From positions 292-64,291 of the forward strand of contig DASWNZ010000208.1 in assembly GCA_036398975.1 (NCBI GenBank): DNA of 64,000 bases, read 5' to 3'. Below, one piece after another: positions 9,631-18,632 of the stretch. Position 1 is the stretch's first letter. Each line of letters opens with the position of its first letter. The notes under the pieces are model-generated. The model was not told where the DNA came from. It searched no databases and was given only the letters and a program-made list of their open reading frames with translations. A program made the translations under genes and the position numbers. This DNA is from Longimicrobium sp. (lineage in GTDB: Bacteria > Gemmatimonadota > Gemmatimonadetes > Longimicrobiales > Longimicrobiaceae).

Positions 9631-12054
9631 ATGGACTCGCTGATCCAGGACCTCCGCTACGCGCTGCGCACCCTGCTGCGCAGCCCGGCCTTCACCACCA
9701 TCGCCGTGCTTACGCTGGCGCTGGGGATCGGGGCGAGCACGGCCATCTTCACGGTGGTCAACGGCGTCCTCCTGCGCCCGCTGCCGTACGCGGCGCCGGA
9801 GCGGCTGGTGGAGCTGAAGCACGTCAACGCGGGCGAGGGGGTCACGGACGGCACCTTTTCGGAGCCGGACTTCCTTGACCTGCAGCGCGCCGTGCCCGAG
9901 TTCGCGCAGCTCGGCGGGTTCTGGTACGCGCCGGGCAACAGCACCATGAACCTGATGGGCGACGGCGAGCCGACCGTCCTCTCCGGCGCCTTCGTCACCC
10001 CGGAGTTCTTCCCCGCGATGGGGGTGGCCGCCGAGGTGGGTCGCACCCTGCGTGCGGACGAGGGCGTGACCGGCGGGCCCAAGGCCATCGTGCTGAGCCA
10101 CGGCCTGTGGACGCGCCGCTACGGCGGCGACCGCTCGGTGGTGGGGCGCCGCGTGCAGCTCGACGGCGACGCCTTCACCGTCGTGGGGGTGATGCCGCCC
10201 TCCTTCCAGTACCCGGCGCGCGAGGTGGACGCCTGGATCCCGCTCGCCGTCTTCGGCCCCGACGACATCGGGCGGTCGCGCGACAGCCGCTTCCTGACCG
10301 TCGTCGGGCGGCTGGCGCCGGGCGCGGAGCTCGCCGCCGTCCGCAAGAAGACCGATGCCGCGCTGGCCGGTCTGGCCCGCCAGTATCCGGCCACCAACGA
10401 AGGGTGGGGCTCGGCCGCCGTCGTTCCGCTCTCGGATGCGCTGCTGGGGCGGGTACGGCCGGCGCTCCTGGTGCTGCTGGGCGCGGTGGTGCTCGTGCTG
10501 CTCATCGCCTGCGCCAACCTGGCGAACCTCCTCTTCGTTCGCAGCACCGCCCGCAGCCGCGAGACGGCGATCCGCGTGGCGCTGGGGGTGAAGCGCGGCC
10601 GGCTGATCCGCCAGCACCTCGCCGAGAGCTTCCTGCTGGCGGCGGCGGGCGGGCTGCTGGGCTTCGGGCTGGCGCTGATGGGCGTCGACTGGCTGCTGGC
10701 GTTGGGCGCGGGCGACCTGCCGCGCGCCGACAACATCCGCCCCGACGCGCGCGTGGCGGCCTTCGCCCTGGCCGCGGTGCTGGGGACGGCGGCGATGTTC
10801 GGGGCGTGGCCCGCCATCCGCGCATCGCGCGGCGAGCCGGGGCAGGCGCTGCGGGCCGGCGGGCGCGGCGGCAGCGAGGGTCGCGAGCGCGCCGCGGCCC
10901 GCAACGGCATCGTCGTGGCCGAGACGGCGCTGGCGGTCGTGCTGCTGATGGGCTCCGGGCTCATGCTCAAGAGCCTGTGGCGCCTGGCGAACGTGGACCC
11001 CGGCTTCCGCGCCGAGAAGGTGCTGACGATGAGCGTCTCCCCGCCGGAGATGGAGGGCGGGGCGATGGAGCGGATCGCGTACCGCAACCGCATCATGGAG
11101 CGCGTGCGGCAGGTGCCCGGCGTGGTGGCGGTGGGCGCCAGCAAGACGCTCCCGCTGCACGGCGGAGGCGAGGCGTACACCTTTGGCCTGAACGACCGGC
11201 CGGGGGTGGAGGTCAAGCCCGACGCGGGGCTCTTCATGGTGACGCCCGAGTACTTCCGCGCGCTGGGGATCCGCCTCATGCGCGGGCGCGACTTCAGCGA
11301 GTCCGTGGAGCGCGACCGGCTGAGCGTGGTGGTCAACCGCTCCCTCGCCGACCGCCTGTGGCCGGGGCAGGACCCGATCGGCAAGACGCTCCATTTCGCG
11401 CCCATCGAGTCCGACCTGACGGTGATCGGGGTGGCGGACAACGTGCGCACCGAGGGGCTGGCGGCGGAGCCGGGCGGGGCCCTGTACGTGTCGATGAACG
11501 GCCCCTTCTCGCGCAGCGCCACCAAGCTCTTCGTGCGCACCCAGGGCGACCCCGCGGCGATGGCGGGCGCGGTGACGGCCGCGATACACGAGGTGGCGCC
11601 GAATCAGCCCATCGTGGGCGTGACCACGCTGCGGCAGCTGGTGGCGGGCACCATCGCGGAGCCGCGCATGTTCGCCATCCTGACGGCGGTGTTCGGCGCG
11701 GCGGCGCTGGGGCTGGCGCTGCTGGGGATCTACGGCGTCATCTCGTACACGGTGGCGTGGCGCACGCGCGAGATCGGCATCCGCATGGCACTGGGGGCGG
11801 AGGCGCCGTCGGTGCTGCGCATGGTGATGAAGTGGACGCTGGGGCTGACCGCGTGGGGCGTGCTGGCCGGGCTGGTGGCGGCGCTGGTGCTCACGCGCGT
11901 CCTGAGCAGCCAGCTCTACGGCGTCTCGCCCACCGATCCGGCGACGTTTGCCGTGGTGGTGGTCCTGCTCGTCGGCGCGGCCCTGTTCGCCAGCTGGTTC
12001 CCGGCCCGGCGCGCGTCGAAGGTGGACCCGATGATCGCGCTGCGCTCCGAGTAA
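9631..12054 (+). CDS. ADOP-type duplicated MacB/FtsX permease (paralogue 3)
   Basis: 807 aa. Its first 33 nt are identical to paralogue 2 ([11 protein letters not shown]). C-terminus REIGIRMALGA...ARRASKVDPMIALRSE. Confidence 0.9.
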   Translation: MDSLIQDLRYALRTLLRSPAFTTIAVLTLALGIGASTAIFTVVNGVLLRPLPYAAPERLVELKHVNAGEGVTDGTFSEPDFLDLQRAVPEFAQLGGFWYAPGNSTMNLMGDGEPTVLSGAFVTPEFFPAMGVAAEVGRTLRADEGVTGGPKAIVLSHGLWTRRYGGDRSVVGRRVQLDGDAFTVVGVMPPSFQYPAREVDAWIPLAVFGPDDIGRSRDSRFLTVVGRLAPGAELAAVRKKTDAALAGLARQYPATNEGWGSAAVVPLSDALLGRVRPALLVLLGAVVLVLLIACANLANLLFVRSTARSRETAIRVALGVKRGRLIRQHLAESFLLAAAGGLLGFGLALMGVDWLLALGAGDLPRADNIRPDARVAAFALAAVLGTAAMFGAWPAIRASRGEPGQALRAGGRGGSEGRERAAARNGIVVAETALAVVLLMGSGLMLKSLWRLANVDPGFRAEKVLTMSVSPPEMEGGAMERIAYRNRIMERVRQVPGVVAVGASKTLPLHGGGEAYTFGLNDRPGVEVKPDAGLFMVTPEYFRALGIRLMRGRDFSESVERDRLSVVVNRSLADRLWPGQDPIGKTLHFAPIESDLTVIGVADNVRTEGLAAEPGGALYVSMNGPFSRSATKLFVRTQGDPAAMAGAVTAAIHEVAPNQPIVGVTTLRQLVAGTIAEPRMFAILTAVFGAAALGLALLGIYGVISYTVAWRTREIGIRMALGAEAPSVLRMVMKWTLGLTAWGVLAGLVAALVLTRVLSSQLYGVSPTDPATFAVVVVLLVGAALFASWFPARRASKVDPMIALRSE

Positions 12055-12069
12055 GCGCGGAACTGCCGG

Positions 12070-12133
12070 CTCACGCGGAGGCGCGGAGGCGCGGAGGAAG
12101 GAGCTCTCTGCGCCTTTGCGTTTTGGGCGTGAG
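12070..12133 (+). repeat. R5 palindrome (CTCACGCGGAGGCGCGGAGG...GCGTGAG), terminator-like, plus-strand biased
   Basis: Lies between convergent stops (12054 + and 12184 -). The 3' arm CTCTGCGCCTTTGCGTTTTGGGCGTGAG pairs with the 5' arm using several G-U wobbles that would be C-A mismatches on the other strand. Confidence 0.8.
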
Positions 12134-12183
12134 GCAGGCAGTCGAGGCAGGGCAGCGGGCGGGCGCGGCTAACAAAGACAGAA

Positions 12184-12783
12184 TCAGGAACCGGGGATCA
12201 GCTGCGGCATCAAGTCATCGAACAGGACGTGGTCCCAGCAAGCGTTGCGTAGCTCGTACGCGTGCCCCTTGAACCAGGCGTGAGTGACCTGCTTCATGCG
12301 CTGTCCCAGGAACTCCACGGCGGGTACGTGGTCCGCGTCGGCGGCGATCAGCACCGCGCGATCATAATGGCCGTCGATCCCGATGCGGATCAGGTCTGTG
12401 GCCAGTGCCGTGTCGATTCCTTTCTCGACCGTGCGCTGGATGTTCTGCTGGCAGTGCGGGCAGCTCGTGATCGGCTGGCGGCAGTTGGGGCACTTGATCG
12501 GACCCTGCGGTTTGCGTTCCTTGACGAGGACATCGTACCCGGGAAAACCGTCCATCACGTTGAAGAAGCGGCGCAGCCCGTTGTCCGCCGCGTTGTTGGG
12601 ATCGTATGAGGCATAGACGTGCGTGCCCGCGTACACGGCCGCGGGGTCGATCTGGCGCACCAGCGTCTCGTACAGCAACGGCTTCCAGGGGATCCGGACG
12701 ATGCCCCTCGCGCCCTTCTTCTGGTGGTAGTCGTTCCAGGAGAGCTGGAAGTTCCAGAAGTCGATGAAGATTTTTACGCGCAT
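12184..12783 (-). CDS. NYN (LabA/DUF88-like PIN-fold) domain protein with inserted CxxC...CxxC zinc ribbon
   Basis: 199 aa. NYN acidic motifs VKIFIDFWNF, GIDTALATDLI and LIAADADHVPAVEFL. Inserted CPNCRQPITSCPHCQQ. Visibly lower GC than its neighbours and on the opposite strand to the flanking permease genes. Confidence 0.8.
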   Translation of the reverse strand: MRVKIFIDFWNFQLSWNDYHQKKGARGIVRIPWKPLLYETLVRQIDPAAVYAGTHVYASYDPNNAADNGLRRFFNVMDGFPGYDVLVKERKPQGPIKCPNCRQPITSCPHCQQNIQRTVEKGIDTALATDLIRIGIDGHYDRAVLIAADADHVPAVEFLGQRMKQVTHAWFKGHAYELRNACWDHVLFDDLMPQLIPGS

Positions 12784-12802
12784 CGCGGGATGGGGTTAGG
12801 GC

Positions 12803-12831
12803 AAAAAAACAGGGAGCCTTGCGGCTCCCTG
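12803..12831 (-). terminator. intrinsic terminator inside the NYN gene leader
   Basis: Minus strand reads CAGGGAGCC GCAA GGCTCCCTG TTTTTTT (9-bp stem, GNRA loop, U7). It ends 19 nt before the NYN ATG at 12783. Confidence 0.8.
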
Positions 12832-12905
12832 GGGCTGTAACACTCGCCACGAACGAAAAAAATGAAGCGGCGAGGGGATGTAAGGCGGTGTTGCCACCGC
12901 TGATG

Positions 12906-12934
12906 AAGCTATGCTCAGGCCCGGGAACTGTCAA
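12906..12934 (-). promoter_or_regulatory. sigma-70-like promoter of the NYN leader
   Basis: Minus strand reads TTGACA - 17 nt - TAGCTT. The predicted start near 12899 gives a leader of about 115 nt containing the terminator at 12803-12831. Confidence 0.5.
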
Positions 12935-13104
12935 GCGTCTGAGGACCAAACTTTCTTTGATGTTGCTGCCTCTGGAAGCACTTCCTGGTGGGCGCCAGGC
13001 TCGATATCCCGCCGGCAGAGGAGCCGCACCGGACCACGGACGCCTCCCTCGGTTACACGGCTCTGGGACCTTGCGCGGTTGAAGCGCCGGAATGAGAGCC
13101 TTGT

Positions 13105-13200
13105 CTCACGCGGAGGCGCGGGAGGCGCGGGAGGCGCGGGAGGCGCGGGAGGCGCGGGAGGCGCGGAGAAAGGATCTCTCTGCGCTTCTGCGTTTTTCGG
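13105..13200 (+). repeat. R5 palindrome with an expanded 9-nt tandem array
   Basis: CTCACGCG followed by six perfect GAGGCGCGG units (13113-13166), then AGAAAGGATCTCTCTGCGCTTCTGCGTTTTTCGG. Confidence 0.85.
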
Positions 13201-13212
13201 GGTGGCGGCAAG

Positions 13213-13311
13213 CACGGGCGGCCACGCGGGGCCGCCCCTACGGGATTTGGGTGCACGGGGCGGGCGGCGGAGCAACGCGGGACACGGGCGCGATGAATCG
13301 CGCCCCTACCA
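13213..13311. repeat. R4 double-hairpin repeat (GGGGCCGCCCCTACGGGATTTGGG ... GGGCGCGATGAATCGCGCCCCTACC)
   Basis: Shares both hairpins with 24784, 27852 and 18633. Spurious ORFs over it read GAAPTG / RDESRPY. Confidence 0.85.
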
Positions 13312-13340
13312 GTGTGGCGCGCGGGATGCCCGCATACGCC

Positions 13341-13396
13341 CCTGCCCCAGGTAGTTTTGGGGGAGGGGCCGCGAGGTGACGAGCGGGGGTGGGGCC
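13341..13396. repeat. R6 repeat (CCCC...TTGGGGGAGGGGCCGCGAGGNNACGAGCGGGGG)
   Basis: CCTGCCCCAGGTAGTTTTGGGGGAGGGGCCGCGAGGTGACGAGCGGGGGTGGGGCC. Confidence 0.8.
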
Positions 13397-13397
13397 C

Positions 13398-13435
13398 TGT
13401 CCGGTTTTGGGACGTGGGATTCCCAGCGCTGGACA
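13398..13435. repeat. R7 nested hairpin
   Basis: TGTCCGGTTTTGGGACGTGGGATTCCCAGCGCTGGACA. Confidence 0.8.
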
Positions 13436-13561
13436 GAAGCGCATCGCGCCGCTGCGGTGAAGGCGTTGCAGGCCAAACGGTTGCGCGCGAGGGCCGGCCG
13501 GAACGCATGTCGCTAAAGAGCATGGCGTGGTGCCCTTTCGTTCCCCGAATGAGCCATCCCC

Positions 13562-15952
13562 ATGGAATCGCTGATCCAGGACGTCCGCTTCGCCGCGCGC
13601 TCGCTGCGCCGCACCCCAGGCTTCGCGCTGGCGGCCGTGCTCACCCTGGCCCTGGGGATCGGGGCGGGGACGACGGTTTTCTCGGCCGCGCAGGCGCTCC
13701 TCATGCGCCCGCTGCCGTTCCGCGACGCGGAGCGGCTGGCGGAGGTGTCGCTCTCCACGCAGGGCGGCACGGTGTTCGTGACCGCCTCCGATGCGCTGCG
13801 CAGGGCGGTGGCGGAGGAGCGGCGCGTGGTGCAGGGGGTGGCGGGGACGCTGGAGGAGGGGGTGAGCCTGCGCGCCGCCGACGGGCCCGGGGTGGCCAAC
13901 GGGGTGCTGGTGACGGACGACTACTTCGGCGTGATGGGCGTGCGGCCGGGGATCGGGCGCTGGCCCGCGGCGATCGACGAGGCCGCCATCTCCCACCCGC
14001 TCTGGAAGTCGCGCTTCGGCGGCGACCCGGCGGTGCTGGGGAGCACGGTGCGCATCAACGGGCAGCCGTTCCGCCTGGTGGGCGTGGCGCCGGCCGAGCT
14101 CACCGCCGCGTGGATCGGCGACCGGCCGGAGGTCTGGCTCTCCATCGCCGCGGCGCCGCGGGTGCTGCGCGACGGAGCACGGCGCAGCTTCGGGGTGAAC
14201 CTGGTGGCGCGCCTGCGTCCGGGCGTCACCCACGCGCAGGCGGAGGCGGCGCTCACGGCCGTGGTGCGCGCCAACCGCGACCCGCGGGAGGGCGAGTTCG
14301 CGCCCAACGCCGTGGTGCTGCGGGAGGTGAGCCCGATGTCGTGGACCCGCAAGGAAGACGTCACCGGCGCGCTGTGGCTCCTCGCGCTCGCCACCTCGCT
14401 GGTGCTGCTGGCGGCGTGCGTGAACGTGGCCGGTATCCTGGCCGCGCGCGCCACGGCCCGCGCCCGCGACACTGCACTGCGCATGTCGCTGGGCGCCACC
14501 CGCGCCCGCGTGGTGGGCGGCATCGTGGCCGAGGCGATGCTCCTGACCCTCGCGGGCGCCGCGGCCGGCGTCCTACTCTCCACCTGGTTCGGGCGGCTGC
14601 TGATGGCGCTCCCCTGGCCCGAGGCGGTGGCCGTGGAGCTGGTGCCCGATGCGCGGGTATGGGCCTTCGCCCTGGCGCTGGCGCTCGTCACCGGCGCGGC
14701 CATCAGCATCGTCCCGGTGCTGCAGACCGCTTCGGCGGACGTGGTGCCGCTCCTCAAGGGTACGACGGAGCTGAAGCGCGGCGGGCGCGGGTGGATGCGC
14801 GGGGCGCTGGTATCCGCGCAGATCGCCCTTTCCCTTCTCCTGCTGCTGGGCGCGGGGCTCTTCATGCGCGCGCTGGACCGCGCGTGGAGCGTGGACCCCG
14901 GCTTCGACCCGGCGGGCGTCCTCACCACCACGCTGGACCTGAGCCCCAGCGGCTACGATCCGAAGCAGGCCGCCCAGTTCTTCGACCGGCTGCAGGAGCG
15001 CGCCCGCGCGCTTCCCGGCGTGGAATCGGCCGCGCTCTCCATGAACGTGCCCTTCTCGCAGGCCAACGGGGGGATGATCCACGCCTCGGTCCCCGGCCAC
15101 ACGCCGAAGCCGGGCGAGATGCCCTTCGTGATGCTGAACGCCGTCTCCTCCGACTTCTTTCGCACGCTGCGGCTGCCCGTGCTGACGGGGCGCGGCTTCA
15201 CCGCCGCCGACGAGAACGCGGACGTGGCGGTGGTGAGCGAGGCGCTGGCGGCCCGCTACTGGCCGGACGGGAACGTGCTGGGCAAGTCGATCATGATGGG
15301 CGCGAAGCCGCTGCAGGTGATCGGCGTGGTGCGCGAGGCCAAGCTGCGCTCCCTGGGCGAAACGCCGAACGGCCTCCTCTACCTGCCGCTGGCCCAGGCT
15401 CCCACCATGCCCGAGCGTACGTTGAACGTGCGCGTCCGCGAGGGACAGGAGGGCCCGGTGGCCGCCGCGCTCGCCGCGGAGGTGCGCCGGCTGGACCGCG
15501 AGGTCCCCCTCCCCACCTTTCGCTCGCTGCGCGACCTGATCGGCGACTCGCTGCTGGCGCAGCGGCTGGGCGCGCTGCTGGTGGGCGCCTTCGGGGCGGC
15601 GGGGCTGCTGCTGGCGTGCGTGGGCGTGTACGGCGCGATGTCGTACACGGTGGGCCAGCGCACGCGCGAGATCGGCGTGCGGATGGCGCTGGGGGCGCAG
15701 ACCGCGCAGGTGCTCAAGCTGGTGTTGGGGCAGGGCGTGGTGCTCGCCGCCGCAGGCATCGGGGCGGGACTCGTGGCGGCTGTGGCGGCCACGCGCGTCG
15801 TGGGGCACCTCCTCTACGGCGTGAGCGCCACCGACCCGCTCACCTTCGCGACGGTGTCGCTGCTCCTGGCCGCCACCACCCTCGTCGCCACCTACCTCCC
15901 CGCGCGCCGCGCCGCCCGCGTGGACCCCATGGTCGCGCTGCGTTCCGAATGA
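13562..15952 (+). CDS. ADOP-type duplicated MacB/FtsX permease (paralogue 4)
   Basis: 796 aa. [41 protein letters not shown]...[11 protein letters not shown]...[16 protein letters not shown]. Confidence 0.9.
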   Translation: MESLIQDVRFAARSLRRTPGFALAAVLTLALGIGAGTTVFSAAQALLMRPLPFRDAERLAEVSLSTQGGTVFVTASDALRRAVAEERRVVQGVAGTLEEGVSLRAADGPGVANGVLVTDDYFGVMGVRPGIGRWPAAIDEAAISHPLWKSRFGGDPAVLGSTVRINGQPFRLVGVAPAELTAAWIGDRPEVWLSIAAAPRVLRDGARRSFGVNLVARLRPGVTHAQAEAALTAVVRANRDPREGEFAPNAVVLREVSPMSWTRKEDVTGALWLLALATSLVLLAACVNVAGILAARATARARDTALRMSLGATRARVVGGIVAEAMLLTLAGAAAGVLLSTWFGRLLMALPWPEAVAVELVPDARVWAFALALALVTGAAISIVPVLQTASADVVPLLKGTTELKRGGRGWMRGALVSAQIALSLLLLLGAGLFMRALDRAWSVDPGFDPAGVLTTTLDLSPSGYDPKQAAQFFDRLQERARALPGVESAALSMNVPFSQANGGMIHASVPGHTPKPGEMPFVMLNAVSSDFFRTLRLPVLTGRGFTAADENADVAVVSEALAARYWPDGNVLGKSIMMGAKPLQVIGVVREAKLRSLGETPNGLLYLPLAQAPTMPERTLNVRVREGQEGPVAAALAAEVRRLDREVPLPTFRSLRDLIGDSLLAQRLGALLVGAFGAAGLLLACVGVYGAMSYTVGQRTREIGVRMALGAQTAQVLKLVLGQGVVLAAAGIGAGLVAAVAATRVVGHLLYGVSATDPLTFATVSLLLAATTLVATYLPARRAARVDPMVALRSE

Positions 15953-15986
15953 ACCGCGATCTGCTGCTTCCAACACTCGAGTTACA

Positions 15987-17348
15987 ATGATGAAGCTTCG
16001 ATCGATCCTCCTCCTGGCCTTTCTTGCGGCGTGCGGCCCGGCGAAGGCGCCCGCGCCGTTCGACACCCCCATCGCCTTCACCCACGCGACGGTGGTGGAC
16101 GTGGAGACGGGGCGGCTCCTGCCCAACCAGACGGTGGTGGTCGCTGGGAACCGCATCCGCGAGGTGGGGCCCGCCGTGCGCGTGGGGGCGGGGACGCGGG
16201 TGGTGGATGCCAGCGGGAAGTTCCTGATCCCCGGGTTGTGGGACATGCACACGCACGTGTACGGCAACGGACCGGGCGCGCTCCTGCTGTACGCGGCCAA
16301 CGGCGTCACCAGCATCCGCGACATGGGCGCGGACGACTTCGCGCGGGTGCGGGCGTGGCGCGACAGCATCGCGGCCGGGCAGCGCATGGGCCCGCGCATG
16401 AAGGTCGCCTCGCCCGTGGTGGAGAACCCGCGCTGGATCGCCGCCGTCCGCGGCATGCAGGAGCGCGAGGGGCAGAACACCGACTGGCTCGCCTTCCGCT
16501 TCGGCCCCGCGACGCCGGCGGAGGCCATCGCCTTCGTGGACTCGGTGGCAAGGCTCGGCGCGGACCACGTCAAGGTGCGCAACTACCCCGCGCCCGAGGT
16601 GCTCCGCGCGCTGATGCAGCGGGCGCGCGAGCGCGGCCTTCCCGTCTACGCGCACACGCACGGCGGAATGCGGCCCGCCGATGCTTCCGCGGCGGGGATG
16701 GCGAGCTTCGAGCACGGCTTCTTTCCCGCGATCAGCGAATCGCGCGCGGGGCGCGACTCCGTGTACCGCGAGCTCATCCTCAACGGCACCGCCATCGTGC
16801 CCACGCTGGTGACGTGGCGCGGGCGCGTCCTCTCGGGCGACTCGCTCCTGGCGCTGGCCAGCGCGGACGACCCGCGGCTGCGCTACCTTCCCGCGCGCGT
16901 CTCGCAGCGCTGGCGCGACGAGGCGAAGACGCGCAAGCACGAGACGCCGATGGACTGGGGCGCGATGCAGCGCAACGACGTCCGCAACCTGCGCGAGCTG
17001 GCCGCGGCGGGGATGGTGGTGATGGTGGGGAGCGATGCCGGCGCGCCGCTGGTGGTGCCCGGCTTCGCCACGCACGACGAGCTCGCGCAGCTGGTGGAGA
17101 CGGCCGGCTTCACCCCGCTGCAGGCGCTCGAGGCCGCCACCCTGCGCCCCGCGCGCTTCATGGGCCGGGCGGATTCGCTCGGCACCGTCGCCGTCGGCCG
17201 CCTCGCCGACCTGGTGCTCCTGGACGCAAACCCGCTCGAGGACATCCGCAACACGCAAAAGATTCGTGGCGTTGTGCTGAACGGACGCTACCTCGACCGC
17301 GCGGCCCTCGACGCGCTCCTGGCCGACGCCGAGCGCGCCGCGAAGTAG
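15987..17348 (+). CDS. amidohydrolase-family lipoprotein
   Basis: 453 aa. Lipobox LLAFLAAC. Metal-binding DMHTHVY near the N-terminus and an overall imidazolonepropionase/prolidase-like amidohydrolase layout (GSDAG..., HDELAQLV). Confidence 0.8.
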   Translation: MMKLRSILLLAFLAACGPAKAPAPFDTPIAFTHATVVDVETGRLLPNQTVVVAGNRIREVGPAVRVGAGTRVVDASGKFLIPGLWDMHTHVYGNGPGALLLYAANGVTSIRDMGADDFARVRAWRDSIAAGQRMGPRMKVASPVVENPRWIAAVRGMQEREGQNTDWLAFRFGPATPAEAIAFVDSVARLGADHVKVRNYPAPEVLRALMQRARERGLPVYAHTHGGMRPADASAAGMASFEHGFFPAISESRAGRDSVYRELILNGTAIVPTLVTWRGRVLSGDSLLALASADDPRLRYLPARVSQRWRDEAKTRKHETPMDWGAMQRNDVRNLRELAAAGMVVMVGSDAGAPLVVPGFATHDELAQLVETAGFTPLQALEAATLRPARFMGRADSLGTVAVGRLADLVLLDANPLEDIRNTQKIRGVVLNGRYLDRAALDALLADAERAAK

Positions 17349-17358
17349 CCCGTGCTGG

Positions 17359-17398
17359 GTGTCCGATTTTGGGACGACGCTTTCCCACCCACGGACAT
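17359..17398. repeat. R7 nested hairpin
   Basis: GTGTCCGATTTTGGGACGACGCTTTCCCACCCACGGACAT. Confidence 0.8.
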
Positions 17399-17460
17399 GC
17401 ACGCGGCCATTCGTGGCGCCAAGATGATGGGCCGCAGTGACTTACGGCGTCGTCGCGCCG

Positions 17461-17474
17461 GGCATGGCTGTCGC
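17461..17474 (+). promoter_or_regulatory. sigma-54-like -24/-12 element upstream of the second ABC ATPase
   Basis: GGCATG gctg TCGC with correct GG-N10-GC spacing. Lies 70 nt upstream of ATG 17544. Confidence 0.35.
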
Positions 17475-17543
17475 ACTTAGAATCAGCGTCCGGGGCGGTC
17501 GTTCCGGACGCCGCAGCACTCCCTTCGAACTTCACGCGCTCAC

Positions 17544-18221
<678 letters not shown>

Positions 18222-18340
18222 ACGGCGGTGCGTGAGTGCGTTAGGGCGTAAGTGCGCTGGAGGTCGCCGTGATGTCGGTAGGGGCGTGATTCATCACGCC
18301 CGCCCTTTCCGCCGCCTCGACCACGCAGAACGCACACCCT

Positions 18341-18531
18341 GTCATCCTGAGGGAGCCGCGCACCCCGTCTTCGCCGTGCACCAGCGCCGTGCGGCGACCG
18401 AAGGATTTAGCCGGCGAGGCAGGAGGCCGGCGCCACAACGCGGATCTCTCTGTACGCGCAGTAGATCCTTCGCTTCGCGCCAGAGGATGGAGCGCGGGCG
18501 AGAGGCGGCGAGGCGCTTTGCTCAGGATGAC
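18341..18531. repeat. LRMT palindromic element
   Basis: GTCATCCTGAGGGAGCC...CGAAGGATTTAGCCGGCGAGGCAGGAGG...CGCAGTAGATCCTTCGC...GCTCAGGATGAC. Same architecture as 6913 and 32217. Confidence 0.85.
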
Positions 18532-18557
18532 AAATGGGGGCGCCGGCGTTTGCGTGA

Positions 18558-18604
18558 GTCCGCGCAGGCGGACTTCGCGTGGTTCCGGCGGCGAATTCAT
18601 TCGC
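18558..18604. repeat. R3 repeat (GTCCGC-loop-GCGGAC TTCGCGTGGTTCCRGCGGCGAATTCATTCGC)
   Basis: Near-identical to 43333-43379 apart from the hairpin loop (GCAG vs GAAG) and one further substitution. Confidence 0.8.
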
Positions 18605-18632
18605 TCCTGGAAACGGACGTCGGCGATGCGCA

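Noticed and set aside
12935-13104. Possible structured ncRNA (SRP, 6S, RNase P or tmRNA) in the unexplained part of the 778-nt spacer.
   Set aside because: I could not find any diagnostic conserved motif of these RNAs on either strand. It is left unannotated; an Infernal scan would decide.
13471-13484. Third sigma-54-like site (GGCCAAacggTTGC) upstream of permease paralogue 4.
   Set aside because: The -12 element is perfect but the -24 element has three mismatches. It is too weak to distinguish from chance in GC-rich DNA.
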